This document shows positions 10,407 through 21,766 of a DNA stretch of 64,000 bases, piece by piece. The notes below the pieces were generated by a model that worked only from the letters and a program-made list of their open reading frames with translations, made no database searches and had not been told where the DNA came from. Positions within the stretch are counted from its first letter, which is position 1; each line of letters opens with the position of its first letter. Location: assembly GCA_000002445.1 (NCBI GenBank), contig CH464491.1:2272001-2336000 (forward strand), read 5' to 3'. The translations under genes were made by a program, and so were the position numbers. The DNA is from Trypanosoma brucei (Eukaryota).

Positions 10407-12358
10407 AAATGTATGCGGAGAAGGAATGAGTAGCTGAAATGCGGAGATTATTCCGTGGGAATTTTTATCCGAAACGAAGATAAATGCAAAACACCCCGCC
10501 CTTACCTGCTCCCCTCTTTTGAATTTTTCCTCTCTTTTTTTTTTCCTTCTTTCTACAATATGTTACATTCCTTTTTTTTTTTCTTTTAGGCCCTGCGCTG
10601 CCAAACCCGTATTTCATTTTATGTATGTGTTGTGTGTTTCTCACTGTGACGTGGCCGGGAAGGACTAAAGTAACTGCGAGAAGGAACTAATAATAAAAGA
10701 GCCTAAAAAAGGCTTCGGAAATCGGACCTCGCCAGGCGCTGAGGCCGCGTTTTTCTTTCTTTTTTTTCCTTTTATATTTTTGTTTTTGGTTTTGTTCGGT
10801 CGGACTCGATGGCCAAAACTCAAGCGGACAATACGCCGAGGGCCGCGTCCTCCCTCTTCCATTCCCTTTGGCAGTCGGGCGTTCAAACCGTCACTTGACA
10901 CTGTTTCGACAATTAAACATAGCCTTCAGTTTCTTTTTCTAAGTTTGTAACCTCCTGTTGTAACTTCATTTTCTTTTTTCTTTTTTCTTTTTTCTTTTTG
11001 TTCCCTTCCCTTCCCTTTTCTTCCCTTTTCTCTTCCTTTTCCTTTTCTTCTTACTTTTACACTTTTTTTTGTTTTATCCTTCTCGCCCCTTCCGCCACTT
11101 AACTGCGTTCACACCACTTGCTAAATAATTTTTTTTTCTTTTCTCCTTTCCTTTCCTTTCCTTTTTTTTTTTGAAAGTTGTTTGCTTAAATTTTTCCGTT
11201 CAGTAACTTGACAGGTTGTTTATATTCTTATATTTAACTATATATTCAAATGCAGAATGCACACGAATGTATAAATGCATAAATATATATAAATATATAT
11301 ATGTATTAATAATATTTATTTGGTTTCCACCCCTTTTCTTAAGGGTACAATGGAACTTTCTCTTATTCATTATTATTTATGCAGAAAGACAGCAATACAT
11401 GCCCGTGCATATATTTATATATTTAATTTGGTATGTTGGATTACTTTACCAACACAGAATTTGGATAAATATCCTAACTGCCACATGAAGATGCGGAAAC
11501 CGAGTTGTTTCTCCTCTCATATATTCCAATCTTACTGTTTATTGTCTCTGTTTTAAATTGTTAACGGCTTCAGTCTTCTATCTTTTTCGTGTTTTTTTTT
11601 TCGTCTGTATCCTCTCGTGTGATGTCTCCTCTCGTTCTCTTCATCGATAAAGATTTAAAAAGGAAAAAAAATAATATGATATTATATATTTATATTTATA
11701 ATGTTGTTGTTATGATTGCTATGATTGTCTGTCGTTTGTGGTTCCCTTTCCATGTGTCCGGGTCCCGTTCTTATTGCCACGTGGCGCGATTTGCTTTTTT
11801 GTTTTGTTTTGTTTTCTTCCCTCACTTCTTAATTATATTTTTCTTTCACCCTTTTCTTTGTCAAATCGTTGATGTATTAATGACGTCTTTTTGTCGTTGT
11901 GTTGTCCTTCCTTTTTTTTTTGTTTTTTTTTTCAATGTATCATCCCTTTTTTTGTCTCGCTTTGTTTCCCCTTCTCCCCCCCCGTATTTCACTTCCTCAT
12001 TGCTTGCGTTACCGTTTCGCGTCCTTCCATCGGGGAAGCGTTCGTATGAATTATCAGTGATCAGCAAGAACTGTGAGCAAAAAAAAAAAAAAGAATTCTA
12101 CGGCCCTTCCATCAAGTGAAAAGAAAAGAAAAATGTAATATGTATTTATACTTATATATGCGCCGGGGAGCGAAAGCAAATGTGGGAGTTTTTTTTTTCA
12201 TTTTGTCTTTGCGTTTTTTTTTGTGTGTGTGCTTTGGTTAGGAGGAGGGAGTCTGGGGAAACAATGTTTGTGGTTCATTCAATTACAGAGGAAAGGGTAG
12301 ATTACCGAGCGTAACCTGAAGTAACTGAACCAAAAGTCGTTTGAGTCATCCGATTAGA

Positions 12359-12363
<5 letters not shown>

Positions 12364-12393
<30 letters not shown>
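12364..12393. repeat. (TA)15 microsatellite
   Basis: The sequence reads atatatatatatatatatatatatatatat and lies in the intergenic region upstream of the AAA ATPase gene. Confidence 0.95.
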
Positions 12394-12396
<3 letters not shown>

Positions 12397-12667
12397 TAAA
12401 TGGATCGGCTTTCCCGCCTGCAATACGATGTTGTTTCCGTCACATGAGGCTTTCCAACTCTAAAAAGAAAGAAATCCGTTATTTATTTATCCGTTATAAA
12501 ATTTGAGAAAGCTACGTTATTTAAGGTGCGCATGCACACTCCACCCATCTCTTTAGCGCTCGTGTCATTCAATTATATATCTCTTCTTTAATGTGTTTTT
12601 TATCTTCTTTCTTAACTTCTCAATTTTTGCTATTTACTGCTAACCCTCAAAGTGTAGAAGGAGTGAT

Positions 12668-14332
12668 ATGAGCACATCTAATGACGTGCTGGTGAATAGC
12701 AAGAACTCGGTCAGTGTAGCGCGTCGATACGCTCTATACTCCAACTATGAGTTGGCCCTCGCTATTTACAACAGCCTTGACAAGGACTTTGACGCATATC
12801 TTGATTCGTGCAAAGATAAGCAGGAACATAAAAAATGGAAGCAAGTTAAGGAAAGGATAGCTGAGGAGGGGGCACTTGTACGCGCAATTCAGGACGAGTT
12901 ACGAGCATTCGTGAACCCAAGCGAGGCGGCACGAATCGATCGGCAACAATGGAGGAAACAGCAGGAGGAGTTCAAACCGATTTGTGGCGGGGAAGAAAAT
13001 GGACAGAGTGACCGGGGTGCAGGCAAGGCGGCCCGTCTGACGACTCTTCACATCACAAAATCCGTCCCACCGAATTTAAGTAGGTTAGCTTCCCAATCGT
13101 TGTTCGAAAGCAACCCCTCTACTCGTAATCAACTGCTGTATGGCGATAAGGATCGATTTGGCCCACCAGAGGGACCCGTAATCCGAAAAAGCAAAGCGGT
13201 AAATCCACAACCGGCTCAAAGGTTTGCATCACCCGTAGTCCGGCGTCGCCCGGTCATCACATCGAGCAACACAGCAAGTCTTACCAATGGCTCTCAAACG
13301 GTTCCACCCAAGGCAAAGATAGCTCCACGACGTGTTGAACGTCCGAAGGAAAATGCCACGCGGGGACAAATGCCACGTTCTTCAGTTCCACGATTTGTAC
13401 CGCGTAGTGGGGAGGAAGAGCTTGTGGCACTCATAGAAGCTGACATGCATGTAGGATCGCTTAGTGTTGGTTGGGAGGATGTTGCTGGTTTGCAGGACGC
13501 CAAGGGACTGCTGGAGGAAGCCGTGGTGTACCCCGTGCTGATGCCGGAGTATTATCAAGGCATTCGACGGCCTTGGAAGGGTGTTCTGTTGTATGGTCCA
13601 CCGGGTACGGGCAAGACGATGCTTGCGAAGGCAGTAGCGGCGGAATGTAACACAACGTTCTTCAATATTTCACCCGCCACACTGACGAGTAAATGGCGCG
13701 GGGACAGCGAGAAACTTATCCGCGTGCTCTTCGAAATGGCGCGGCACTACGCGCCTAGCACAATCTTTGTGGACGAAATTGACGCCGTGTGTAGCCAACG
13801 TGGCGAGAGCAGTGAGCATGAGGCTTCACGGCGTGCAAAGGGGACACTCTTGGCACAAATGGATGGGTTAAGCGTGGATCCTGGAAAAACTGTTATGGTA
13901 CTCGGGGCCACGAACCATCCGTGGTCGATCGATGAAGCGATGCGCCGGCGCCTGGAGAAGCGTATTTATATACCCCTTCCCGACTATAAGGATCGTCTGG
14001 AGCTGTTCCGTATCAACACGAAGACTTTAAAACTGTCCCCGGATGTTGACTTTGATAAGTTGTCCAAGATGCTTGAAGGGCGCTACTACAGCTGTGCGGA
14101 TCTAACGAATTTAGTTCGTGATGCAGCCATGATGACGATGCGGCGTTTCATGGAGGAGATGGACAAGACAGAAGTGAAAAGGCGTGCGGCGGAGATTGGG
14201 AAGTTGGTTGCTGAACAACCCATCACAATGGATGATTTCTTAAATGCTGTCAGAAATGTTCCCAGTAGTATTAACGTAGAGCAAATTAAAAAATTTGAGA
14301 AGTGGAAGAAGGAGTTCGAGGTAAATGTTTAG
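12668..14332 (+). CDS. AAA+ ATPase, meiotic clade (katanin p60 / spastin / fidgetin-like)
   Basis: Walker A GPPGTGKTMLAKAVA, Walker B IFVDEIDAV, sensor-1 VLGATNHPW, and an arginine-finger region IDEAMRRRLEKRIYIPLPD. The single C-terminal AAA domain with an N-terminal non-ATPase region and a C-terminal helix is typical of katanin/spastin-type microtubule-severing enzymes. Confidence 0.85.
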   Translation: MSTSNDVLVNSKNSVSVARRYALYSNYELALAIYNSLDKDFDAYLDSCKDKQEHKKWKQVKERIAEEGALVRAIQDELRAFVNPSEAARIDRQQWRKQQEEFKPICGGEENGQSDRGAGKAARLTTLHITKSVPPNLSRLASQSLFESNPSTRNQLLYGDKDRFGPPEGPVIRKSKAVNPQPAQRFASPVVRRRPVITSSNTASLTNGSQTVPPKAKIAPRRVERPKENATRGQMPRSSVPRFVPRSGEEELVALIEADMHVGSLSVGWEDVAGLQDAKGLLEEAVVYPVLMPEYYQGIRRPWKGVLLYGPPGTGKTMLAKAVAAECNTTFFNISPATLTSKWRGDSEKLIRVLFEMARHYAPSTIFVDEIDAVCSQRGESSEHEASRRAKGTLLAQMDGLSVDPGKTVMVLGATNHPWSIDEAMRRRLEKRIYIPLPDYKDRLELFRINTKTLKLSPDVDFDKLSKMLEGRYYSCADLTNLVRDAAMMTMRRFMEEMDKTEVKRRAAEIGKLVAEQPITMDDFLNAVRNVPSSINVEQIKKFEKWKKEFEVNV

Positions 14333-15190
14333 AGCACTCATTGGTGCATTGTAGTTATATCATTGCTTACTCGTATTATTATTATTATATCATTACAACG
14401 ACCACTACGACTACGGCTGCTGTTATTTGTTCTCCCTCAGGGCGAAATGGAAGCCAATGGATTTCCCCAGTGGTTTGCTGCATGGAAACGGATTAGGAAG
14501 GCGAAAGAAGCAAGCGTTTGTGTATTTAAAAAAAAAGGTGGCGAAGGCCACGAGGAGGGAAATAAAGACGGCAATCGAGCACTTCACCACAGGGATACTG
14601 TAAACTGTGGCTTTGCAGACGTCGATCTGCATATAACGCGATGCGGAGAGTGTCGTTTCTTTTTTGTTTTTTTTTTAGTTTTTTATTGGTATTGTTATCT
14701 TTTTTCTTTTGTACGTAGGTATGTGAAGATGCCGAGATGGAGAGCCAGAAACGTTCCGTGTTTGTCGTCCTGCAATTCATTTCCTCGTTTTGGTAGTGAT
14801 TTATATTTAGTCGAAGAGCAAATAAATAAAAACAATATATTGTTGCTCCCGTATGTTTAGGTGTTTCCTTCCCCTTCTATCTCCCCCTCCCCCCCCAAAA
14901 AAAAACAGCCAACTACAACAACAGGAAAGCGTGTATCGTTGTGAATTTTCCAATGACTTGAATTGTCATGTACGTGATATATTTTGCTGGTAACTGTTTC
15001 AGCCTCTGCTGTTGTCGTTGTTGTGTTGTCACAATAATCCCCACCGACTTTAAAAAAAAAAGCACAAACAAACTTACCAATTAATTGCTTTTACATTTTT
15101 GTCTTTAACAGGACACATTGGAGTCTCACTATACAAAACACTGCAGTGTGAGCCGGGGAAAGTAAAAGATATAAGCGGGCCGTGATCGGC

Positions 15191-17869
15191 ATGTCTGATT
15201 CGCACCACAGCGGGTATGATGAGAACAGTGGGAGAGGAAACGCCCAGAAACGCCCTAGAAGTGAATCAACTCATGGAAGTTCAAACAGTTGGCAAATTGT
15301 ATCGAGCAGTCGTTGCATCGCTTGCGGACGTTTGCGGTCCTTGTGTGAGTGCCGCAGCCTTCGAGTGGACCCGGAACTGAGGCGGAAGAACCTTGACACC
15401 TTATTGCTTAACACTCCTTATGTTCGCTGCAAACAACTGAAAGCATTAGATGAGGCTGGCCGTGAAGAGGAAAGACACCGCCGGTGTATCGCTGAGGAAT
15501 GGTACTCGAAGATGCGTATCATCAAAAGGGCTGCGCATACTGACAAGTATCTTCTTCGTGTGACCCTCGATGAGGTGAGGGGACGCGAGAACCTTTCAGC
15601 GTTGGAGCGGAAGGAATGGGTGGAGGGTATGGCTCTTAGTGACAAGTATATGGTTCTGCTTGCTCTAGTTCAGCGTGAGCGGGAGGAGCGGCTGAAGTTC
15701 TACGCTTCAGCAGAACGTGCGACAAGGATGTTAGGAACATGGCATAACACAGTATTCCACCTACTCGGTTTGCAGAGCCGTGAGGTGGCATTCCGGAGAA
15801 CTCTTGTTAACAACGAAGCGGCAGCGCGGGCGTCACTATTGAGCATTGAGTTAGAAGCCTTGAAGGTTATGGAAAACAATGAGAAGAGCAGGCTCGAATT
15901 CTTTGAGTTATTCTGGGCTAGCCGCGAGTCGGTTGCAGATGCGTGGATGCAAGGTGTAGAGGCGCTGGAGTGTGCCATGGCGGAGACCGTTCAAAATCTC
16001 GAAAAATGTTTTCAAGAGCGCACTCGCTGTTTCGAAATCGTGTTGAAGCGAAGAGATGAGCTGCTACTGGAGGAAGAGAATGCCAGACAACGTTTGCACA
16101 GTCTTTTTGAGGAGGAAAACGACTTTTTGGAAGAAAACATGCGATTCTTCCAACAGCGACGCGCTGCTGTGATGCAACAGGAAGCGTCAGCAAGGGGTGT
16201 AATATGCCAAGAGGCCACGGATGCTTACAGTGCTCTCTTCCTCGAATGTAGGCGTGACAGAGAAAAGGCTTGCGAGGCAGAGTCCTTTAAGCGACGACGG
16301 CGTGAGGAAGAATTTCATGCTGCCGTTGCTTCTCTGCAAGATATAATGAAAGAGGAGGAGGCAGCCCTCGCACTCCTGAAAACTCAGGAACACCACGAAA
16401 GAGAACTCCGCTACCAATGGATGTTGGAGAGGGAAAAGGCGATCATTAGCGCAGAAAATACACTTCTTCAACATGTACAACTGCTCTTCTCCGAGGAAGA
16501 GAAGGCGCGCGGCGCAATCGTGCATCTTATGCAGCAGCAGGAGGCTGAAACTGCTTCATGGCTTCGGCACAAGGAACGGAAGCTGCGCGAGATCATTGAG
16601 ACTGCATTAGAGGAGAAAAGTCAGATGCTGCTACTCGAACACGAGGAGCGCTTTTCCCTAGTCTCTCAGAAGGCGGAACATGAAGACGCTGTGCGGCGGT
16701 GGGTTGATCACAAGGAAAGCGCAAGGCAGAGCCTAGCTACGGCCGAAACCACTCACCGCAACCGTTGGGTGGATATGGAGCGCAACGCACGGGAGGAGCT
16801 CTCCTGGCGCTTTGGTGAGGGGCTGGAGACCTGTTACTCGCAAGTTCAGCAGCGAATGGAGGCACTGACGAAGCTCCAGCAGCGAGCTTTCCATGCAAAG
16901 GAGGGTATCGTGAAGCAGGAAGAGGAGGCGCTGCGCCTTCTGTTAGGAACATTGCGGGATGATGAGGAACGGTCCCTTAGGGAAGAGATTCACCGCAGGG
17001 TAGTTGATATTCTTAACACCGAGACAGAGCACCGCAGCCATTTAACTCAGCAGGAGGTTGGAAACAGGGAAAGTATTACAACGATGTTCTTGATGCAGGA
17101 GCGGTTCTTTAAGAAGGAGGCCCAGGAACTGCTGAAGGCGCAATTATATGAAATTGTCGCAGCTGAGGAGAGCCACCGCCGCGTGCTGTTGCAGGATGCC
17201 GATGACTCGGTAGAGCGCCTATATCACAGCTATAAAAAGTTATTAGAAGAAGCCCGGCGAAGGGAGGAGGAGCGTGTACGTGAGGAACGTCGCCAGCGTG
17301 AAGTTGCCCTCTTGGAGGATCCGCGCTTGTACCGCGAAGAGGAGGATTGCGACCTTTGTGTCGATGGCGCCTCACCTCCTACCGGACTCGATGATGGCTG
17401 CTACAATGATATGAAGATGGGGCCACTCGGGGAAACATGGATGCTCCAGCGGCAACACGTTGTTGAGGATTTGGGTGGAGAGAGTGCGGACGTCGTGCTG
17501 CTCACTCATGAGACGACTGCGTTTCTCTTCAGCATTGTTAATGCCATCACTGAGAGGGAGGCGATCCTAGCGGCCGAGAGAACCAAAGCCGAATCGACAA
17601 TGAAGAACATACAAAAGAAAATTGAACGACAGAAGTCAGTTTTTGCCAACGTCAAAGAACAGTTGGAGGAATCACAGGAAAAGTTGAAGCGCGATGCTGA
17701 GAACCACAGCAAGCGTTTAGCGACACAGCGTGAAGCCCAACAGAAGTTGGAGGCACAGCTGGCTCGGGAGCGGACGCGCTTAAAGGAGAAGACTGAAGAA
17801 CTGCAACGAACGAAAAACAGTGTCTCGGAGATGCGAGACTCTATTCACAGCCAGTACAAGAAAAGGTGA
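15191..17869 (+). CDS. Large coiled-coil protein (~892 aa), E/R/L/Q-rich; hypothetical
   Basis: A 2.7-kb ORF whose ORF-track start at 15182 is a GTG; the first ATG is at 15191. Long heptad-like charged stretches (EEE..RR..L) run throughout. No enzymatic motif seen. Confidence 0.6.
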   Translation: MSDSHHSGYDENSGRGNAQKRPRSESTHGSSNSWQIVSSSRCIACGRLRSLCECRSLRVDPELRRKNLDTLLLNTPYVRCKQLKALDEAGREEERHRRCIAEEWYSKMRIIKRAAHTDKYLLRVTLDEVRGRENLSALERKEWVEGMALSDKYMVLLALVQREREERLKFYASAERATRMLGTWHNTVFHLLGLQSREVAFRRTLVNNEAAARASLLSIELEALKVMENNEKSRLEFFELFWASRESVADAWMQGVEALECAMAETVQNLEKCFQERTRCFEIVLKRRDELLLEEENARQRLHSLFEEENDFLEENMRFFQQRRAAVMQQEASARGVICQEATDAYSALFLECRRDREKACEAESFKRRRREEEFHAAVASLQDIMKEEEAALALLKTQEHHERELRYQWMLEREKAIISAENTLLQHVQLLFSEEEKARGAIVHLMQQQEAETASWLRHKERKLREIIETALEEKSQMLLLEHEERFSLVSQKAEHEDAVRRWVDHKESARQSLATAETTHRNRWVDMERNAREELSWRFGEGLETCYSQVQQRMEALTKLQQRAFHAKEGIVKQEEEALRLLLGTLRDDEERSLREEIHRRVVDILNTETEHRSHLTQQEVGNRESITTMFLMQERFFKKEAQELLKAQLYEIVAAEESHRRVLLQDADDSVERLYHSYKKLLEEARRREEERVREERRQREVALLEDPRLYREEEDCDLCVDGASPPTGLDDGCYNDMKMGPLGETWMLQRQHVVEDLGGESADVVLLTHETTAFLFSIVNAITEREAILAAERTKAESTMKNIQKKIERQKSVFANVKEQLEESQEKLKRDAENHSKRLATQREAQQKLEAQLARERTRLKEKTEELQRTKNSVSEMRDSIHSQYKKR

Positions 17870-18576
17870 GAAGAAAGTATAATAAAGTGAAGAAAGGTGG
17901 GAAAAGGCAAGGGTCACAGAGGAGGAGGAGACACATAATTTACCAGTGGCTATATGACAAAAAGGACAACAAGCATACCATCGGTATCGTCAAGATGCGC
18001 GTGTGTATTTGCAACACGCGCACCTGCCCGAGTACGAATGGGCGCCGGGCAAGCATAGGCTTGTTTTTCTTTTAATTTTCCGTGTGGGTGCGGTGGGAGC
18101 CTCCTTCATTGTTGTTAGAGTTGTTTATTCAGTAGATGCGTAGACTGTTCCTTGACGTTTTTTAACCTTTTCGTTTGGGTAAAGGGGGCGGTTTGGGTGG
18201 CCAGGAGCCCGTCGTCCAACTGGAACTGATCCGTCGCATGCTCGGCAGGTCATTGTTCTCCACGGAAAAGAAATATGGGACTAATGAAGATGGTGGCTAC
18301 TCTCATGTTATGCTGATTCTGCTGGATTAAAGTTGAGCGCTGATAGGGGTTGATGCCATCATCAATTGTATCTGTATCGCACGGTGGGGGTTTCCTGTGC
18401 CCCGCAGCTATTCGTGTAGTTTCTAGATGTTTCTCTTTATTCCTAATATCGTGTATATGTGTGATTACCGGTGAGGTAAGTGGCTATCGGCTTTTAACTT
18501 TCTGCCGAGCAGTTTTCTTCTGTTCATTTGTTGTCTAGCATAAACGTTTTGTCATCTTTTTTAAATTTTTTATATC

Positions 18577-20484
18577 ATGGAGACCAAAGCAATAATGCTA
18601 TTAGTGGTGTCGGCCATCGGTGTCGTGATGCTCACGTGGTTGTTTGTGAGCATTTGCACCCGTAAGTCTAAAGACGATGATATGCACAACGAACCATTGT
18701 TGTCAAAGCATGCAAACTCAAAGCTTATGGAAGTGGATGGAAGGGTCTTGGTCCTTTATGGCTCACAAACTGGCACTGCTGAAATGTTTGCGAGGAACCT
18801 TACACGAGAAGGTTCACGACGTGGCTTTCCCTTGAAAGTACTTGATATTGAGAAGTATCAGGCTTCCAATCTTGTCAAGGAGAAGCGTGTAATTATCGTA
18901 TGTGCCACCTATGGTGATGGTGAGCCCACAGACCCTATGGTTGAGTTCCACGATTGGTTAATGAGTGATTCTCGCGTGATGGGAGAGGAATTGAGTGGGG
19001 TGAGGTACACGGTGTTCGGCCTTGGCGACAGGCAATACGTCAATTTCTGCCGTGAAGGCATCACAGTGGACCGCCGCATGTCTGAGTTAGGCGCTCAGCG
19101 TTTCTATCCCCTTGGTCGCGGCGATTACAGTGATGACATTGAAGAAGATTTCGACAAATGGCGTTCCGGACTTTGGCCAGCACTGAGCACTGAGCTTGCA
19201 CTTGATGTAAAATCGGGCGAAGAGGGGCCGGTAGCTCCGGAATGCTGCATGAAAGCATTGGAATCTTCGGATGAAGCCCCGTTGCCGTTTCCGAAAGCGG
19301 ACCCGGGACTGGAACCAACACAACGATTGCCTTCTTGGGCACCAGTGAAGGTGAACAAGGAGCTGCTGAGCAATGCTACCGGAAGAAGTACAAGGTTGAT
19401 TGAGTTTGATACATCAGAAACTGTTATCTCCTACCAGGCTGGTGACCACCTCGGTGTTCTTCCTAGTAACCCCAGCGAAATGGTGAACACTTATCTGCGG
19501 GTGTTGGGCGTGAGCGAGCAAGAATCAAGTCAGGTCATCTCGTTAGAAAATAAAAATACTGGCGAGTGTGTTTTTCCTTGTCGCGCGTCGATTCGCACCG
19601 CACTCACGTGGTACATCGATCTTGCCGGGCCCCCCAAGAAGTCTACTTTGCGTGCTTTCGCCCACTATTGCACTGATCCCGTTGAAAAGGACACCTTGTT
19701 AAAACTGCTGAGTACTGAACCCGAGTCGGTGGAGGCGTATGGCAAGCTTGTTTTGGAGTTAAGGACTGTCCTTGGCTTTTTGCAGCGATTCAAGTCGATG
19801 TCTCCCCCGCTGAGTTTCTTCTTGGAGATGATGCCGCGGATTGCCCCACGGTATTTTTCCATTTCGTCTGATTCTCTGACCCACCCGACGAGTGTGGCCA
19901 TTACTGTTGCTGTGGTCGAGGGTGGCCTCTGCACAAATTTGCTTCAGCAGGCAGCCGTGGGTCAAAACATTCCCGTATTTGTGCGAAAATCGAACTTCCA
20001 CCTTCCGCTTCAAGCCGAGGATCGACCAATCATCATGATTGGCCCGGGCACGGGTGTAGCGCCTTTTATTGGATTTCTCCACCGCCGTAGCGCGTGGCTG
20101 GAAAAGGGTAACAAAGTTGGTGATGCACTTTTGTTTTTTGGTTGCAGGAGGCGTGAGGAGGATCATATATATGCCGACTTTATGGAGAAGTGTCTATCGA
20201 ATGGGGCACTCTCCGTGCGGGATGTTGCTTACAGCAGAGAACAAGCGGATAAAGTTTATGTGCAGCACCGCTTAGCGGCACGCGGGAAGGAAGTATGGGA
20301 AATAATCAGCAGAGGAGGAAATGTTTACGTATGCGGGGATGCAAAGAATATGGCGAGGGATGTCGAGAGGCAGCTACTGGACATCGCGCAGAAATATGGT
20401 GCAATGAAGGAGGATGAGGCGACGGCATTGCTTGAGAAACTCGCAACTGATGAACGGTATTTGAAGGATGTCTGGACGGCGTGA
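18577..20484 (+). CDS. CPR: NADPH-cytochrome P450 reductase (diflavin reductase) with N-terminal membrane anchor
   Basis: N-terminal hydrophobic segment, then flavodoxin/FMN motif LVLYGSQTGTAEMFA, FAD-binding region (RYFSISS), NADPH-binding GPGTGVAPFIGFL, and C-terminal YVCGDAKNMARDV...DVWTA with the terminal FAD-stacking Trp. This is the canonical CPR architecture. Confidence 0.9.
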   Translation: METKAIMLLVVSAIGVVMLTWLFVSICTRKSKDDDMHNEPLLSKHANSKLMEVDGRVLVLYGSQTGTAEMFARNLTREGSRRGFPLKVLDIEKYQASNLVKEKRVIIVCATYGDGEPTDPMVEFHDWLMSDSRVMGEELSGVRYTVFGLGDRQYVNFCREGITVDRRMSELGAQRFYPLGRGDYSDDIEEDFDKWRSGLWPALSTELALDVKSGEEGPVAPECCMKALESSDEAPLPFPKADPGLEPTQRLPSWAPVKVNKELLSNATGRSTRLIEFDTSETVISYQAGDHLGVLPSNPSEMVNTYLRVLGVSEQESSQVISLENKNTGECVFPCRASIRTALTWYIDLAGPPKKSTLRAFAHYCTDPVEKDTLLKLLSTEPESVEAYGKLVLELRTVLGFLQRFKSMSPPLSFFLEMMPRIAPRYFSISSDSLTHPTSVAITVAVVEGGLCTNLLQQAAVGQNIPVFVRKSNFHLPLQAEDRPIIMIGPGTGVAPFIGFLHRRSAWLEKGNKVGDALLFFGCRRREEDHIYADFMEKCLSNGALSVRDVAYSREQADKVYVQHRLAARGKEVWEIISRGGNVYVCGDAKNMARDVERQLLDIAQKYGAMKEDEATALLEKLATDERYLKDVWTA

Positions 20485-21766
20485 GTGTTATGTGGTTTGG
20501 GCCCGATGATGGTGGAGGACGTCGACCCATCGGTAATTGTGCATATCCACACCCACTTTCTCATGCGTTGCCAGTGCTTTGGAATAACGCACGCTCACAG
20601 TTTTACTTCCGTAAATTTCCTATCGGTTCCTGCCGGTTTATATTTGTTTGTCGCAACGGTTTCGATGCCAATGGTAGTATGTGCTGACGGCGTGCACGTT
20701 TGTACCCTTTCTCGGGGCAACCGGATGGTTTCTCAGTTCTAACTCTGCTGCCGCTTGGTGTGTTTAAGGTGTTGGGGCGGTGTTGGAGAATTGATTGATT
20801 GTGAAATCATTTTAGTTTGTTCGGCGAAAAGGGACGGAGGAGGTAAGAAATGCTCGTGGCCCGGTGGGGACGCCTTGGGTGTTTTAATCCTTGCACGTTT
20901 GGCTACGTCATTAAACTGATAGGCGCATTTTCTGGGTTTAATGAATGAACTGCGATGTTGGAAGTGAAGGGAGAACGGGTGCTTACTGCCACGCGTGCGT
21001 AAGTGCTTTCTCTTCTTTTAATTTTCATCGTTGGTATTGACCATTGTTGCAACAAGAGGGGGAAAGGTAAATAGAGGGCCCGTCGATGATTTTCCTTTTT
21101 TTTCTTTTTGCGGGACGTGTTGGTAAATGTTTTTCCGTTGGGAGTTGGTTGACCCGCCTATCAACATGCTTCTAACTGTGCGAGGGGGCGGCGAGTGCTG
21201 CTACCTTTCCTTGCATTACTGCTTGTAACCAAACTTGCTGCTTTCAGCAAGTTGAACTCAATGCCAAAAATGAGCATATCGGTTGTTGTAGTAACTACAA
21301 TTAAGGAAGTAAACAGCGTCGAAGTGAGGTCAATAATCTTTTTTTTTCTGACAAAAGAAAATGCGGGTGTATTCAATTACGCGAATGATAATATTTGGTT
21401 AGTCACTGGTTGAAGGTTTAATTGGTTTTAATTCAGAGGGAAATATATACATACAAAAGTATATGTAATATTTCTATCATGTATTAACTGGGCTTCTCTT
21501 TCTCATAGGGTGTAAAAAGGAAAAAGGGGAAGACATCGTGCAGAAATAGTTGAAGTGACGGAAAAGAAACTCACATACACACATATATATACACACACAC
21601 ACAAACACACATATATACATATATATATATATATAAGACAGCCAACCCCTTGTGAAACATACGCAACTTCACAATTTTTTTTAAAAAAAAAGTGAAGAAG
21701 AGCATTGAACCCACAAACTGATAGAACTGGCCTCCTATCGACGGGAGGTTCCCGTTAGGCAGCGGA

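Noticed and set aside
11589-12119. 176-aa ORF rich in Phe/Ser/Val in the long intergenic region
   Set aside because: It is a translation of a poly-pyrimidine tract (ttt/ttc/tct codons) and has no complexity. This is a typical UTR artefact in kinetoplastids.
14363-14860. 165-aa ORF just downstream of the AAA ATPase gene
   Set aside because: It starts in ATT/TAT repeats (IIIIIS...) and is F-rich low-complexity, so it is most likely 3'-UTR sequence.
19759-20166. 135-aa minus-strand ORF inside the P450 reductase gene
   Set aside because: It is antisense to a well-supported CDS and all real genes here are on the + strand. It is a shadow ORF.
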